From Podarcis filfolensis (lineage: Eukaryota): DNA of 64,000 nucleotides. This document shows positions 38,998-51,423 of this stretch, in pieces. The notes below the pieces were generated by a model. The model did not search any database. It was not told the DNA's origin and worked only from the letters and a program-made list of their open reading frames with translations. The stretch is from NCBI GenBank assembly GCA_964270895.1, contig OZ185437.1; one strand, given 5' to 3'. How positions within the stretch are numbered: the first letter of the stretch is position 1; every line of letters begins with the position of its first letter. The position numbers and the translations under genes were made by a program.

Positions 38998-41770
38998 CTA
39001 ACACGCACAGACAGTATTGTCAGGGATGCCAGAAATAGGAACTGCCTGGTATTTCTACAGTTCTGCCTAATCTGCCATACCCTATTACCAATCTGCTTTG
39101 TGCTACCTTGCAATCACCACCTTCGTTAAAATATTATAACCAGTTACCTTCCAAGCCACACAGAAGCACTGCACCCTCAGGGATGCAGTTACAATATGAA
39201 TCTACAGAAACCAAATTTCATCAACAGCATGGATAAGAAAAGACTTCTCTTACCTAACGTGCTCCAGTATTCATTTTATTCCAAGAAACAAATACTACCT
39301 TATTCACTGAGTTTACTAATCTATGAAAATTCTATGTGTTTGGCAAAACTGTGCAAGCAATGTGATTTCCTATTTAAGTGTTTATATACAAAATGAATAC
39401 ACAAAAGTTGCAAAGATTTGATTTGAATAATTGGTTTCAAACTGTGGCTGTAAGGAAAGACAGACTGAGGTTGCCTAGTCACATTCAGAACAATTTTTGA
39501 ATAATTCTGTTTTTTACATGGCAGCTACCATGCACTGGTTATTAAAATATAATAGCCATTTCCCATAACAGTTTATGTTGAATGTTTTATTGAAAACAAT
39601 TCCCTCAACCTAAAGAATACTCATCTGCCTCTCTCTCAGAATCATTTCAAAAAATTACATGTGTTATCTCAAAAACAAAATTATCGTATTTGCCTAAATA
39701 AAACCATCAGTTAACAGTTTTTGTTGGCTAACAAATTTTCTAATCATAAAATTTAGAACTGCCTTTTTCACTATTGCTATCTATTTCATAAACAACCCAA
39801 ACCCTTTTGTAATATTCTCAGTAGTTGTTTGTCTCCCAAAGATGGGTGTCTCATTACCTCCCCACACTATTCCAGCCTGAGCATTCACCTCCACTCATTA
39901 GAACAAACATCTGCTACAAACATTATTAATGAGATACGTATCTAGGGATTGAAGCAAACCATTAACCACCTGGCCTAATTATACTTTTCATTACAAAAGC
40001 CAATCGCAGCAGCAAGTATAGAACCCGCCTCACCATATTGTGATAATTATCTTATTCATACAATTTCAATTTCAATAACCTCATCCTTCCAAATTGGGTA
40101 CATTTGTAAAACCATACTTCCCTTAGTTACTCCTAACCTATAATATTATACCCCATATCAGGACCACAAGAATAATTTGTGTAATAGAAAAAAATTAGTT
40201 TGCCTTTTAGATCTCTTTCTCATGAATATATTAGCATAAAAACATTTCAGAGACAGCAGCAGCTTAATAAAAATCTATTTCAGTAAATTCATTATACAAT
40301 TCATTTCATGGAACGTTTAGAGGCAAAGTTTTAAAACCTAAATTGTTCAGACATTGAAATTGTATCAGAGTTAGTTCTTTCCCCTGAGCTCCGTGCCAGA
40401 AAACAAGAGGATATACGCAGATGAATTAAACATGTAAGCACAGTGTGATTAAAGCATGTTTGTATATTTTAGTTAAGTGCAGCATGTATTCTGCAAGAAT
40501 GAATATATTCGTAGTTATAAAGGAATTGCCTTCTCCAACTCAAAGATTTCCAGTATGTGTGAAAGCACAAGTCCCACATCCCTGATATTTATTTATTAAT
40601 TTAAAACATTTGTGTACCACCCTTAATCTTATTTGGATTTCAGGACGATGTTTCTAGATTAACGTTTGTGACTACTACTGCAAATCTTTAAACCCAGTAG
40701 GGAAGGAAACAGATCAAAGTACTATCCTGTGTGTGCTTTGGTGTGCTGGGCTTTTTGTCGTCATCATCATCATCATTATTATTAGAAATGTGTAAACAAA
40801 GCAGACACACAGTCTATAGAATTATTAAGAAGGGATTCCACAGTTTAGCATCTTTGCTCAAGGTGAAAAGTTGTGCATGGTGTGTTGAGACAGGTGTAGC
40901 AGAAATGAAAGCTGATCATCAAAGCCAGGTACGTTTTTCCCAGTAACAGAGAAGACAATACCTAGTAACTCCAGCAGCTAGCCTGAGTAGATACTACATG
41001 TCCAAAAATAATGCAGTATGTCAATGTGTGCTACTGCATTTCACTTTCCAGTTCTCCATATTACCATGAGGAATAATGGGGAGATGGATGGTGTGCACTG
41101 TTTCCTAGCGCAGTTGTGAATACAAAAGTATAGAATCTTTAAGTCCTGGTATACTTGGTTCTTCTCTGACTATGCTAGTAAGTGGCATTAACATGAGCTG
41201 GCCTGAAAAACTGGTCCTTTGTTTTCTCTGCACAATGATGTGGTCTTTAAGACTACCAAAAATATTGTGTGCCAATAACCATATTCAGTGGTAAACAGGA
41301 AGTCTGCATGGCAGCAATCAATTCACCTTGTCAGAAAATGCAGTTTTCCCCCATCACCCAGCATATGCAAAGCTTCCAGTTTTTAGGAACATGGATGAAA
41401 GTCTTGGTAGGAGAACACAGTAACCAAAGGTGACTTAACTATCGCCCAATAACCAACAACTCCAGCCAACAAGATCTAGTTAAAAATCATTATTTACTAC
41501 GAACAAATTCAGAGAAAGCTCACATGACTACCAGGTGGTCCAGCAAGTCTATTTGTGGCTTAAGAGTGGCAAAAGGAGAGAGCACACTTGTTTTGATGTT
41601 GCATGTCTATGTATTTTCATACTCTCGAAACTCTCAAATAAACTAGAGTACATACATACATTTCTTAACCTTTCTAATAGAAAAATTATGCATTAGATTG
41701 CACCCAAAGTCAAAGGAAACCATGCCTAGGAGGCAATGCTAACTGTCTGAAAGAGCAAACTTTGGGTATA

Positions 41771-41996
41771 CAGTGGTACCTCAGGTTACATACACTTCAG
41801 GTTACATACTCCGCTAACCCAGAAATAGTGCTTCAGGTTAAGAACTTTGCTCCAGGATGAGAACAGAAATCGTGCTCTGGCGGCGCAGCGGCAGTAGGAG
41901 GCCCCATTAGCTAAAGTGGTGCTTCAGGTTAAGAACAGTTTCAGGTTAAGAACGGACCTCCAGAACGAATTAAGTACTTGACCCGAGGTACCACTA
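41771..41996. mobile_element. Tc1/mariner (Tigger-like) MITE
   Basis: TA-cagtggtacctc ... gaggtaccacta-TA; five internal caggtta(agaac/catac) repeats. Confidence 0.88.
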
Positions 41997-42227
41997 TACA
42001 GAGTAGGCAATAACAAATGACAGGGACATATGGCAAATGCAGCAGGTAAAAACAAGGCAACAGTCTTGAAGAAGACCACGTCTCCCTCAGCGTAACACAG
42101 CAGGAGAGCGGAGGAAACACATAATTCATTACAGTATTGTAAAGATTTAAATAGTTTACACCCAAGGTTAGCACAAGAATAGAACTGACAGCCGGGGGGG
42201 GGGGTATGCACAAATCTTTTTAATGCA

Positions 42228-42480
42228 CAGGGTGAGTCCTTTAAAAGAGGCCCTGTGGGCAGTGGTGTAGCGTGGGGGGTGCAGGGGGGGGCCGGCCGCA
42301 CCGGGTGCAACATCGGGGGGGCGCGCTCGCACTCGCAGCTCTCTGCCCCTACTAAAATCCACGGGTTAGGGGGCGCAAATTACTTGCCTTGCCCCGGGTG
42401 CTGACAACCCACGCTACGCCACTGCCTGTGGATACAGAGTACACATGTTCCATGGAGCCTCTTTTAAAAGACTCACCCTG
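42228..42480. mobile_element. 80-bp Tc1/mariner-type MITE interrupted by a hAT-type MITE
   Basis: 24-bp TIR cagggtgagtcctttaaaagaggc / gcctcttttaaaagactcaccctg (1 mismatch); right flank TA, left flank CA. Confidence 0.8.
42260..42424. mobile_element. GC-rich hAT-type MITE (165 bp)
   Basis: 17-bp TIR cagtggtgtagcgtggg / cccacgctacgccactg (1 mismatch); 8-bp TSD cctgtggg / cctgtgga. Confidence 0.88.
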
Positions 42481-42998
42481 TATAAGCAAGTCTAAGCAAA
42501 CAGTATACTGTCTCCTTGCATAAACTATAAGTACCATTAAAGAATCCCAACAAAAGCCAAAGCATATAAATTAAAATAGCTTTTTTAATTACAAGTTTGC
42601 TAATATTTCTTTCTGCTTCTCATTTGGTAGGCGTTTGTTCAATCAGTTATAAATGCTTTTGTACTATGAGTAGTATTACATAATATGTCTGACGAATATA
42701 TATACTGCAAAGCATTGCAAAATCAGTTAAAACAATAAATTAAAACTATGGGAAGATCGGTTGGGTTGGGCCTCCTGCAGAATGAGCAAGCTGAAAGTCA
42801 TCCTAATGAAGTTTTAGCAGCAGTATTGTTAACAACTTCTAATTCACTAAGATGTAAGGCTGTGCAGCAAAAAAAGCACACCCCATTTAAAAAAAACCAC
42901 ACACAAGGACATGCATCACACATATCAAAAAGGTGGCATGTCAGAACAATTCATAATTTGCGTTTGGAACACTAATTTATAAAGAAATTTCAACTTAC

Positions 42999-43100
42999 CG
43001 TGTTCCATCTGCTTTCCAGCTTACTTTGTATGGCTTCTGCTCTAAGAGTTTAATATTTTGCTCATCCATAGAAACAGGTTGTGCCCCGGGGAATCCAGTT
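42999..43100 (-). CDS. RNGTT: RNGTT exon 8, guanylyltransferase motif I ([34 protein letters not shown])
   Basis: KxDG motif with the GMP-accepting lysine (K298 here); acceptor CTTTAG, donor GTAAGT, 102 nt. Confidence 0.98.
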
Positions 43101-43819
43101 CTAAAGTTTGGGGAAAGAATCCTTATTAATATCTTGCAGCATCACTCTACAATCAGCCTTTCTTGGCAATCAGCTTTCCTGCAATAGTGGCTTTCAAACA
43201 GGAATCACTTTTTTTTTGGAAGATGGAAGTGCTTGCAAAATGTTTCTGTCTTGTGGCCAAAATGGCTGCTTTAGGATTTTAATATACTAGCTGTAGCTAA
43301 TATCCACCCATTAAATCTTTCAGAGCAATTGGATACTGGGCTCCCCCATCTGGGACAACAGCTTTTGAAAGGGTCTTGTGAGTTTCTGAAGCAAATTCAA
43401 AAATATTAATGACGTAGTAAAATTGGTATATGCTCAGAAGGCGATACCCAACTAAGTCAAACTTAGTGTACACCCACCGGTCCATTGATTTCAATGGTTC
43501 TACACTGAGTATGACTAACATCACCCTAAAACAGTGGTTCCCAATTGGTATCTGTGGTAGTTTTTTCCATGCAACTTCTGATACCATTTCAATTCAGTGA
43601 AAGTTTAGATGAAGATTTCTATTTCCATATCTTGCAATCAGCATCTTTTAATCAGGCACTTCAAAAAGGAGGTAACAATTATCTAAAGATGCCATGTACT
43701 GAAATATTTCACTTTTATCTTTTTAAGAAACCTAGTATTGTTAGAGGTATAGCAGACATACTTATTTCTAGTTTACAGTATACAAACTTTTTTTTCCTTT
43801 CAAATATGTGTTTCCATAC

Positions 43820-43929
43820 CCTTTCCAGCCACAAAACTGCTGGCATTTGCGTTGTATCTCTCCTAACTTTGGTTGAGTTGTTACTTGGGTTACATGCTTA
43901 ACTGATATTCCTTCCAAGAACACAGCACC
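43820..43929 (-). CDS. RNGTT: RNGTT exon 7 ([37 protein letters not shown])
   Basis: Acceptor TTTTAG, donor GTATGG, 110 nt, in frame. Confidence 0.97.
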
Positions 43930-44225
43930 CTAAAAATAAACACACAGAACAAAACAGTTAGAATACAACAAACAACAGCCTGAAAATCTGATGATATGGT
44001 TATCCAGATTTCAGCATTAAGTGGGATCAAATTCACATTTGAAGTAAGATTTAAGAAATTAGATTACATTGCCATTTTTTGTCCAGCACCACATTTCTGC
44101 TGATGCAATTTTAAATTTTACATGGAAGATGTAATCCAAAGTTAGTCACATCCATTGATTTCAATGTGTCTGCTCTAAGTTTGTCTTAGATTCAACCTCT
44201 GATCTCTACCAAACATTCCCAAGTA

Positions 44226-44587
44226 CCATAGTTTTCCATGTATAAGACGATGGGGTTTCTTATGTTAAAATAATGTTTTAAAATTGAGGCCGTCTTATAC
44301 ATGGATAGTGCTGAGTTGGGACTAGGGATTGGTTGCTGCCGTGAGCAGGAGACTTTCAGCAATGATAGTGTGGGTGATTCATTGCTGCGGCAAGGGTTTT
44401 TGTCGACTGGCCGCTGCTGCGGCGATATAGAGGGTGATTTGCAGCTGCCGTCTGCAAGCAGTGAGACAATTGGTAGCTTCTTTGTCGCGTGCAATAGGAA
44501 GTGTTGGTCAGGCGTATGAGTTAATTTTGTCCCCAAAAATAGGGGGCGTATTATACCCGGGTGTGTGTTATACACGGAAAAATATGG
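44226..44587. mobile_element. Older Tc1/mariner-type MITE
   Basis: TA-ccatagttttccatgtataagac ... gtgttatacacggaaaaatatgg-TA. Confidence 0.75.
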
Positions 44588-44639
44588 TAACTTCAGGATG
44601 TAGATATTGCATAATTGATTTAAATGTGCCAACTGATTA

Positions 44640-44898
44640 CCGTATTTTTTGCTCTATAAGACTCACTTTTTCCCTCCTAAAAAGTAAGGGGAAATGTTTG
44701 TGCGTCTTATGGAGTGAATGCAGGCTGCGCAGCTATCACAGAAGCCAGAACAGCAAGAGGAATTGCTGCTTTCCCTGCGCAGCGATCCCTCTTGCTGTTC
44801 TGGCTTCTGAGATTCAGAAATATTTTTTTCTTGTTTTCCTCCTCCAAAAACTAGGTGCGTCTTGTGGTCTGGTGCGTCTTATAGAGCAAAAAATATGG
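44640..44898. mobile_element. Tc1/mariner-type MITE with internal hairpin
   Basis: TA-ccgtattttttgctctataagac ... gtcttatagagcaaaaaatatgg-TA; internal inverted repeat cagaagccagaacagcaagagg / cctcttgctgttctggcttctg. Confidence 0.88.
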
Positions 44899-46557
44899 TA
44901 ATAGCAAAATCAATATATCTTCATATTATGCTCTGTTTAACAAGGATAACAAACCAACCAGGTTCCCCTGATGCAGTGCCATGTGTGTATGTGTGTGTGT
45001 GTGTGTTTGTATCATTTTTACTGTGCCCTTCCTCAAGGCAGCTCAAGGTGTACCATAGGGTGCACCTTGGTGTTTTTTTCACGAAACACCACTGCTGTAG
45101 CCCAACAGCAATTTACTCAAAGTCACCCACTGAGCTCCGTGGCTGTGCAGATCATATGAACCCAGGTGTCCCTGATCCAAGCAGGGCATCACCAAGTGTA
45201 CCATTGTGAGTGGGCTGGAGCACCTCACAAGCACCTATCTGCAAGGCTTTCACCCGCCCTGCATCTCCCCCCCCCCCAAAGAAAGCACAATAAATCCATA
45301 CCAGGAAAGCAAGCACAGGACCCGGGCGATATCTAAAATTGATTTTCTTTCTGACGCTGCTCAGAAACCACATCATGCTTCATGTGACCTTTCTGAACAA
45401 ATGTATACTATTTATTCTGCCATGCCTATCTTATAAAGCTGTTTGTACAAAGGAAGTTCAGAACAGGAAAAGACCTTTTCAACCAAAGATACCCATATTT
45501 TGCACACTCCAAAAGCCACGCTATCTTCTCTTATCTCTACATCTGCAAGCTCAGCTACGCTATGCACAGTTAAGCTTCAAAACACACAAGATTTCACATT
45601 AGACAAACATGCTTCTCAGTTTTTGCTTTCATAGGGATTGAACTGCAAAGTGTATTCTAAGCCTAATTTGTCTGTTATCAACTAGCACACAGAAGTGTGT
45701 TTTACAATCAGAATTCAACTATTTTGCCTTTACAGAATTCAAACATCAGCCAGTGAAGCTGCTACGGTTTCGTTATCATGTATTAACAACTCTTGAGAAC
45801 TGACCAACCCAACAGTGCTGAAAGTCTAGGGAAGCAATGGAAAAGCTTCCCTGTAGCTGGCTGCTAGATACAGGAAATGATATGCAAGGTATTACATCCT
45901 GGAATGTTTCAACTAAATATTTTATGTGTATATCTTGTGAAGTTCAAAATGTATCAGACTATTAATTTGTTCAGACAGCCCTTAATCTTTAGGCTATGTG
46001 TGGGGAACTGTTGAACCTCCTTCTTACTTTGGGTCAAACCTGACCTATTGCCAGTCTTAGAAACTCAGATATATGTTAGGCGCCAAATGGCTCCTTAACC
46101 CAGGGTTACAGTCACCAAAACAGTTGACATTTGGGGGCCAGACGGCTTGAAAGTCATGTTTTTCAATATGACTTTTTGGTTCCTGAAATTCATTCTGATT
46201 GTGCAGGTAAAATATAACTGACAGATTTCTACAGAATGTGTTGCTAGTGCGTGAAAACAGGCAAGGTCCAATGATCTCAAGGCATGCACATCCAGATAGC
46301 GGAGATATCAGGCGCTATCCTGGCACCCAGGCATCTTCACTTGGTCCTAAGTGGCCAGTAGCCAGGTGTAAAATGTGCCTGGCAAATTTTAAATGCGGCC
46401 CATAGCACATTTCCAACTGGCCAGCCGCCTTCTTCTCGGCTGTTTGTCATTTTCCAAGAGATGGCTCTATTGTTCTCCCAGTCACCTGCCTGCTTTCAAT
46501 TAAGCGGGGGGTGGGTGTTTGGATTGGATAAGTGTCTGTGAATGGACATAAGGATAA

Positions 46558-46561
<4 letters not shown>

Positions 46562-46596
<35 letters not shown>
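46562..46596. repeat. (TG)n microsatellite
   Basis: Direct reading. Confidence 0.95.
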
Positions 46597-46600
<4 letters not shown>

Positions 46601-48843
46601 TGAAAGGTATATGTGTGTGAACAGACAAACAGATGGGGTGAGGCATGTATGTGCAAGAGGTATGAGTGATGAACAGTGATGAATGGCTCTGACCTTGCCC
46701 ACTGCCAACCGTGGCTCTGCCCACCACTGGCATGCAGTGCCAAAAACATTACACCTGAGGGAATGTGGCCCCTTAGCAAGAAAAAGGTTCCCCACTCTTA
46801 CATTCGGCTAATGGTAGCTTTTTAGCGACCTCAACAACCAAAATGCTAAAGGATACCTGACAAGCTCTTCTCCTCATAGTTCTGCCTTCCTATAGTTCAG
46901 TCAGATATAGTGCTGCCTCCTCCTCTATTCAGCTACTGGCAAAGCTAAAGCTTTCAATAGAGTTCTTCTTCCCTACACTCCTTGACAAAGAGAGTGCATC
47001 CAAAGCTGTAAAACTGAATTATATGAATATGCATATTAACCAAACTATTCTACTCCCTCGAATCGCTTCATTTTTGAATTCTGCTTCAATTATTAATATG
47101 CTTATTCGCACAATTTAGCTTTATGGTTTTTTTCAAATGACTAGGTGATAAAACGAGGGACAGTCATGGAGCTGCATCTCTTTCTCTACTGTGGTTTTGA
47201 ATTAACAGATGAGAATTTAGTCTGAATAAAAGAGGATGCAGCCTAATGTGTTGATGGCAGATCACACTTTCCCGAAGAAGGGATAATGGAGGGAAACTAC
47301 CATTGCCACAACCATTCTAGTTATGCTTGTGGAGGTTTGCCCTATGCCAGAGAAACTTTTAATTTAAAAAAAAATTAATGCACAGATCTGTAGTATAGCG
47401 TCACTTTCAAAATTCTGGGTGCTTAAAAAACTCCTTCCGCTGAGTATGAACCACTACTAAACCCCACCTCTTAGTAGCCATTCAGAACTGATGGCCCTGC
47501 AGTCAGGAAAAGGAAAGCAGCAAGGGAGGCAAGAGGCACACAGTCCTCAACATCATCTGCACCTACAGCTTCACCAGCTGGCCAAAAGTCAAATGTTTAA
47601 GATTATAAACATCACTATTATTTTCCAATATGCCAAGAATGGCAAAACAAGCAGATAAAATATATAGAATGTGAAAGCCTATCCAATCAAATACCAAAAC
47701 ACAGTTCATTTGCTGCAATCACATCATGCAAAGAAAGTTTGTGTTTAGCTAAGCCATTAGTCACAGAAATCTATTTTTAAAAGTTCACATAACTGCTTGC
47801 CATGTCAACTAAAATAGATAAGGTTATGTACAATCTGTTTACTAATTTAAGCATTCAGAATTTCAATTTCGCGGCTAGCTGAAAAGCATCACAGTTGTGA
47901 ATTTCCATCCACTAATTAAAAGTCCCACGGCTCTACTCAATGAAAGAAAAACTATTCACAGAAAAGCCATTAAGTTACCAGTTATGAATTTACATGACGC
48001 TAACTCCCTAGAGAAACACAATTCTAAACTTTTATACCCCGAATTTAGAAAACAAAAAGGGTTTCCATCATCTTCTGTATCCAGGTTCCTTGTACTGGAA
48101 CTATTCTTCCCTTACATCCCAGAGTTATCCAACACAAAAATATTGTGCTAATTCTGTAGCAAAATTTTTAGATTCCAGAACATTTCAAAATTAAGCAACT
48201 ACTTCTACCCTAAGGAAATTGCACAGGATACTAGATACAAATAGCTATCAATGTTTGTATTGGTTTATTATTGAATTCAGGGTCTTTTGAATGACGTTCT
48301 GGTGGTTGGTGAAAAGGAAGTGAAAAGAAAGCAACTGAACAGTAGGATGGAAACACAGGACTACCAACCAAAGCAGAAAAGGAAGCATTTCAAAGCCCTT
48401 TTGCCTGCTTTCCAGAATTTTATCACACTTGCTGCCTCCACTCCTCCCGACCCCTGACACGCTGGGACCTGAAAGTCTTGCATGCGCCCAGAGGTACTTA
48501 ACTTTCCTTCTGTCAACATTAGAACTCATCCCACCACCACCCCCATGCATTTTAGAAGTTGCCTAAAAGAAGAATGTGTGGCTAAATCCAAAACATTGGT
48601 GTCTGCAACTAAAACATCTTGCTTGTCCATTTTCCCAGCCCATTCTGTTTTCACCCTATGCAGTGTCTTCTACTTTTTACATTTCAGGAGCAACTCTGTT
48701 GTCCTAGTATAGCAAATAACACAAAAACAGGTTCCTAAATCTCTGTAATTCCAAGGGAGTGTATCAGACTCTGATCAACACAAGAGAGTAACTTTGTTTT
48801 AGCTAACTTCAAATACAGCTAAGGTCTCTTGTGACAACATTAC

Positions 48844-49096
48844 CAGCTTTAAGTGTTCTTTTCTTCTTTTGCCTGAAAATGAAGTTGATGACCCAGCTTC
48901 TGATTCAGGGGTTCTTGGTTTGCAGTTATCATCCTCATCCTCTTCTTCATCTTCATCAAAGCACCACTCTGGCAAAGGGGGAGGGGTCGGCGCCTCCACT
49001 CCGTCGCCATATCGACGGAAGAGTTCTTTCAAATAATCACCTTTATAAATACCAGGTGGTCTGGCTTGGGCAAAAATAGCCACAGCTGCTTCAATG
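48844..49096 (-). CDS. RNGTT: RNGTT exon 6 ([30 protein letters not shown]...acidic linker...[10 protein letters not shown])
   Basis: Overlaps supplied ORF 48799..49083; acceptor TTGCAG, donor GTAATG, 253 nt. Confidence 0.97.
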
Positions 49097-51078
49097 CTGC
49101 AACAAAGCAGAAAATGTCAGGGAATTATTTCAGCATGTTAAATGCTTCATTTCTGCAACCCCAATCATTATGATCCCCAACAAGGTATCACCATAAAATT
49201 TAATCAATATTCTGCTCAGGTTAAGTAAGCATATAATTAAGTATTCAGAAAGAGCCTCAAACACAAGAGTGCATTCCTTATGATGACAAAATGACAGCCC
49301 TGCTGCAAAATGAAGAAAGAATGCAAGGAATCTTCCCAACTAAGCCTGACTGAAATGTCACAGCAAGGCTCAGTGCTGCCCACCCATTTCTGCAGGGTAG
49401 ATTCAGAAAGTCTCCAAACCTATGACAAGCCTCAGCCTACAGGACTGTAACTCAGAACACTCTATGGTCCACAGGGCATACAAGTTATTGTAATGCTGAA
49501 CAGGAGTTCTTGTGGCCAAACCCTGGGGTCCTGACAATACCTTACAGAGCCTATGAGAGTCCACAGACATATATTCACTGAAGATCAAGGCAATTCAGAG
49601 GACATTCCCCATAGAACAGTACCTGGCGAAAGTGCATATTTCAGTATCTTACTGATACGCCAAGAGAGCAAAAAACTGGCAAGAGGAACAGTGGATACTA
49701 GCTACCTTCAACATCTGCATCTTAGGCGAAATACCCAGTTTTCCTCAATATTGTACTTTTCCCCGCAAATGCAGGAAATGACAAATAATAGGCATTTGGT
49801 AGCCCTATCATGTATTAAGAAACAGCCTGGTACTTTCATGGAGTAAAACTGCCTTGGGGGAGATCAAGCTGATTGCTAAAGGAGAGTCTGAAGTAGACTC
49901 CCACTGTTTAACTGGAGAGTTCTCCATCTGGACAACCTTTCCATAAACTAGCTCTAAAACTCATTTCAGAAGTCACTATGTATCTACAGCTTTTCTACTT
50001 CATATGCTAAAGGGATGATGTGGATGGACTATTCTACAAGGAACACATTTTTCCACCAGTAAATAATGTCTGCTAGCTTTAAAGAACAATGCAGCAAAGG
50101 GGACTTTTTTAATGGTAATGAATCCACTCTATATAATTGTCACATTAAGGAAATTCTCCTAATAGTCTCTCCCTGCTCCCCATTTTTAGTAAACTGTATT
50201 TTAAATCTGCTGCATTAGCCCACAATGGTTTGCCTTTGGCAAGATGAACAAGTGTAATTACTAGTTAACTATTTGCCAGAGAAAAGCTATCTAACATGAT
50301 GTGCTAAGACCTTTCCTCAAACACACACAACACACAAAAGTATATTCCTGGGATAATGTGCGTCCATATTGAGTTGTATCCAGCAAAGACACAATGAGTA
50401 GACCCAATAAAATGAATGGATTTAAGTTAGTATTGACTTATGTCTAGAGATTTCAAAGAGTATAACTTAGTTGGGAATACAACTCAATGTGCTGCTGATA
50501 ATATCAACCTGCTGGTGGAATAATGCTGTTTGGGTTTTTGTCAGCACTTATTCCAGAAATATATGGCTCACCTTTACTATTTAGAAAAGCTAAACTATTT
50601 TTCTGGTTATCGTTTCTCGAAGTACATTTAATACAGTATTGTGATTAAAAGTATATACCACATTTCATTTCAAGAAAAAATACCTAGGCAGTTCACAAAA
50701 CAGTAATTAACTGGTTGTAATTATATTACTTACATTTCTATATATATTTATATCTGAGTAAACATATCTATTTATTCCAATTCATTTTAAACAGCCATTT
50801 TAAATAATCAGACCTCCTGATTTAAATGCTTCCATTTTATTTGTCTTGTTAGCTATTTAAGGTACAGCACCACTGCATGCATCTATTACATCTAAAAAGA
50901 GTATGTGCTTGAAGATGCTTTCAACACACAAAATCCCACAGCAAGGGTCAAGGCAAACATCATCCTTTTAAACTTCAGAGCAAGCCATTTGGCAACAAAG
51001 TCAATAATGAAAAAGGACAGTGGGCAAAAAGAAGTGGTCACAACCACCTTCAGGATTCATGAAGTAACAGAGAGGAAG

Positions 51079-51423
51079 AAGAGAAGCCTGCTGGATCAGG
51101 CCAATGGCCCCTCTAATCCAGCATCCTGTTATCATAATGGCCGATCAGATGCCTATGGGAAACCAGCAAGCAGGATTTGTGCCCACTCCTGTGTTTCCAG
51201 AAACTGGTATTCAGAAGCATTGCTGCCTCCAACAGTGGAGGGAGACCACAGCCATCATGGCTAGTAGCCTTTAATAGCCCTCTCCTCCATGAATTTGTCT
51301 AATCCTTTTTTAAAGCCATCCCACTTTGGGGCTATCACTGCCTCCTGTGGCAGAGAGTTCCACAGTTTTAACTATGCACTGAGTAAAGAAGTGTCTTTTC
51401 TTTTATCTGCCCTGAATTTCCCA
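51079..51423 (-). mobile_element. CR1 LINE 3' fragment
   Basis: Reverse complement of a typical CR1 3' end (gcctgctggatcaggcc...ccatgaatttgtctaatcc...aaagccatcc...gagttccacag). Confidence 0.75.

Noticed and set aside
45994-46797. Single hAT element bounded by tggggaac / gttcccca
   Set aside because: The termini are degenerate and no 8-bp TSD is visible; probably several unrelated fragments.
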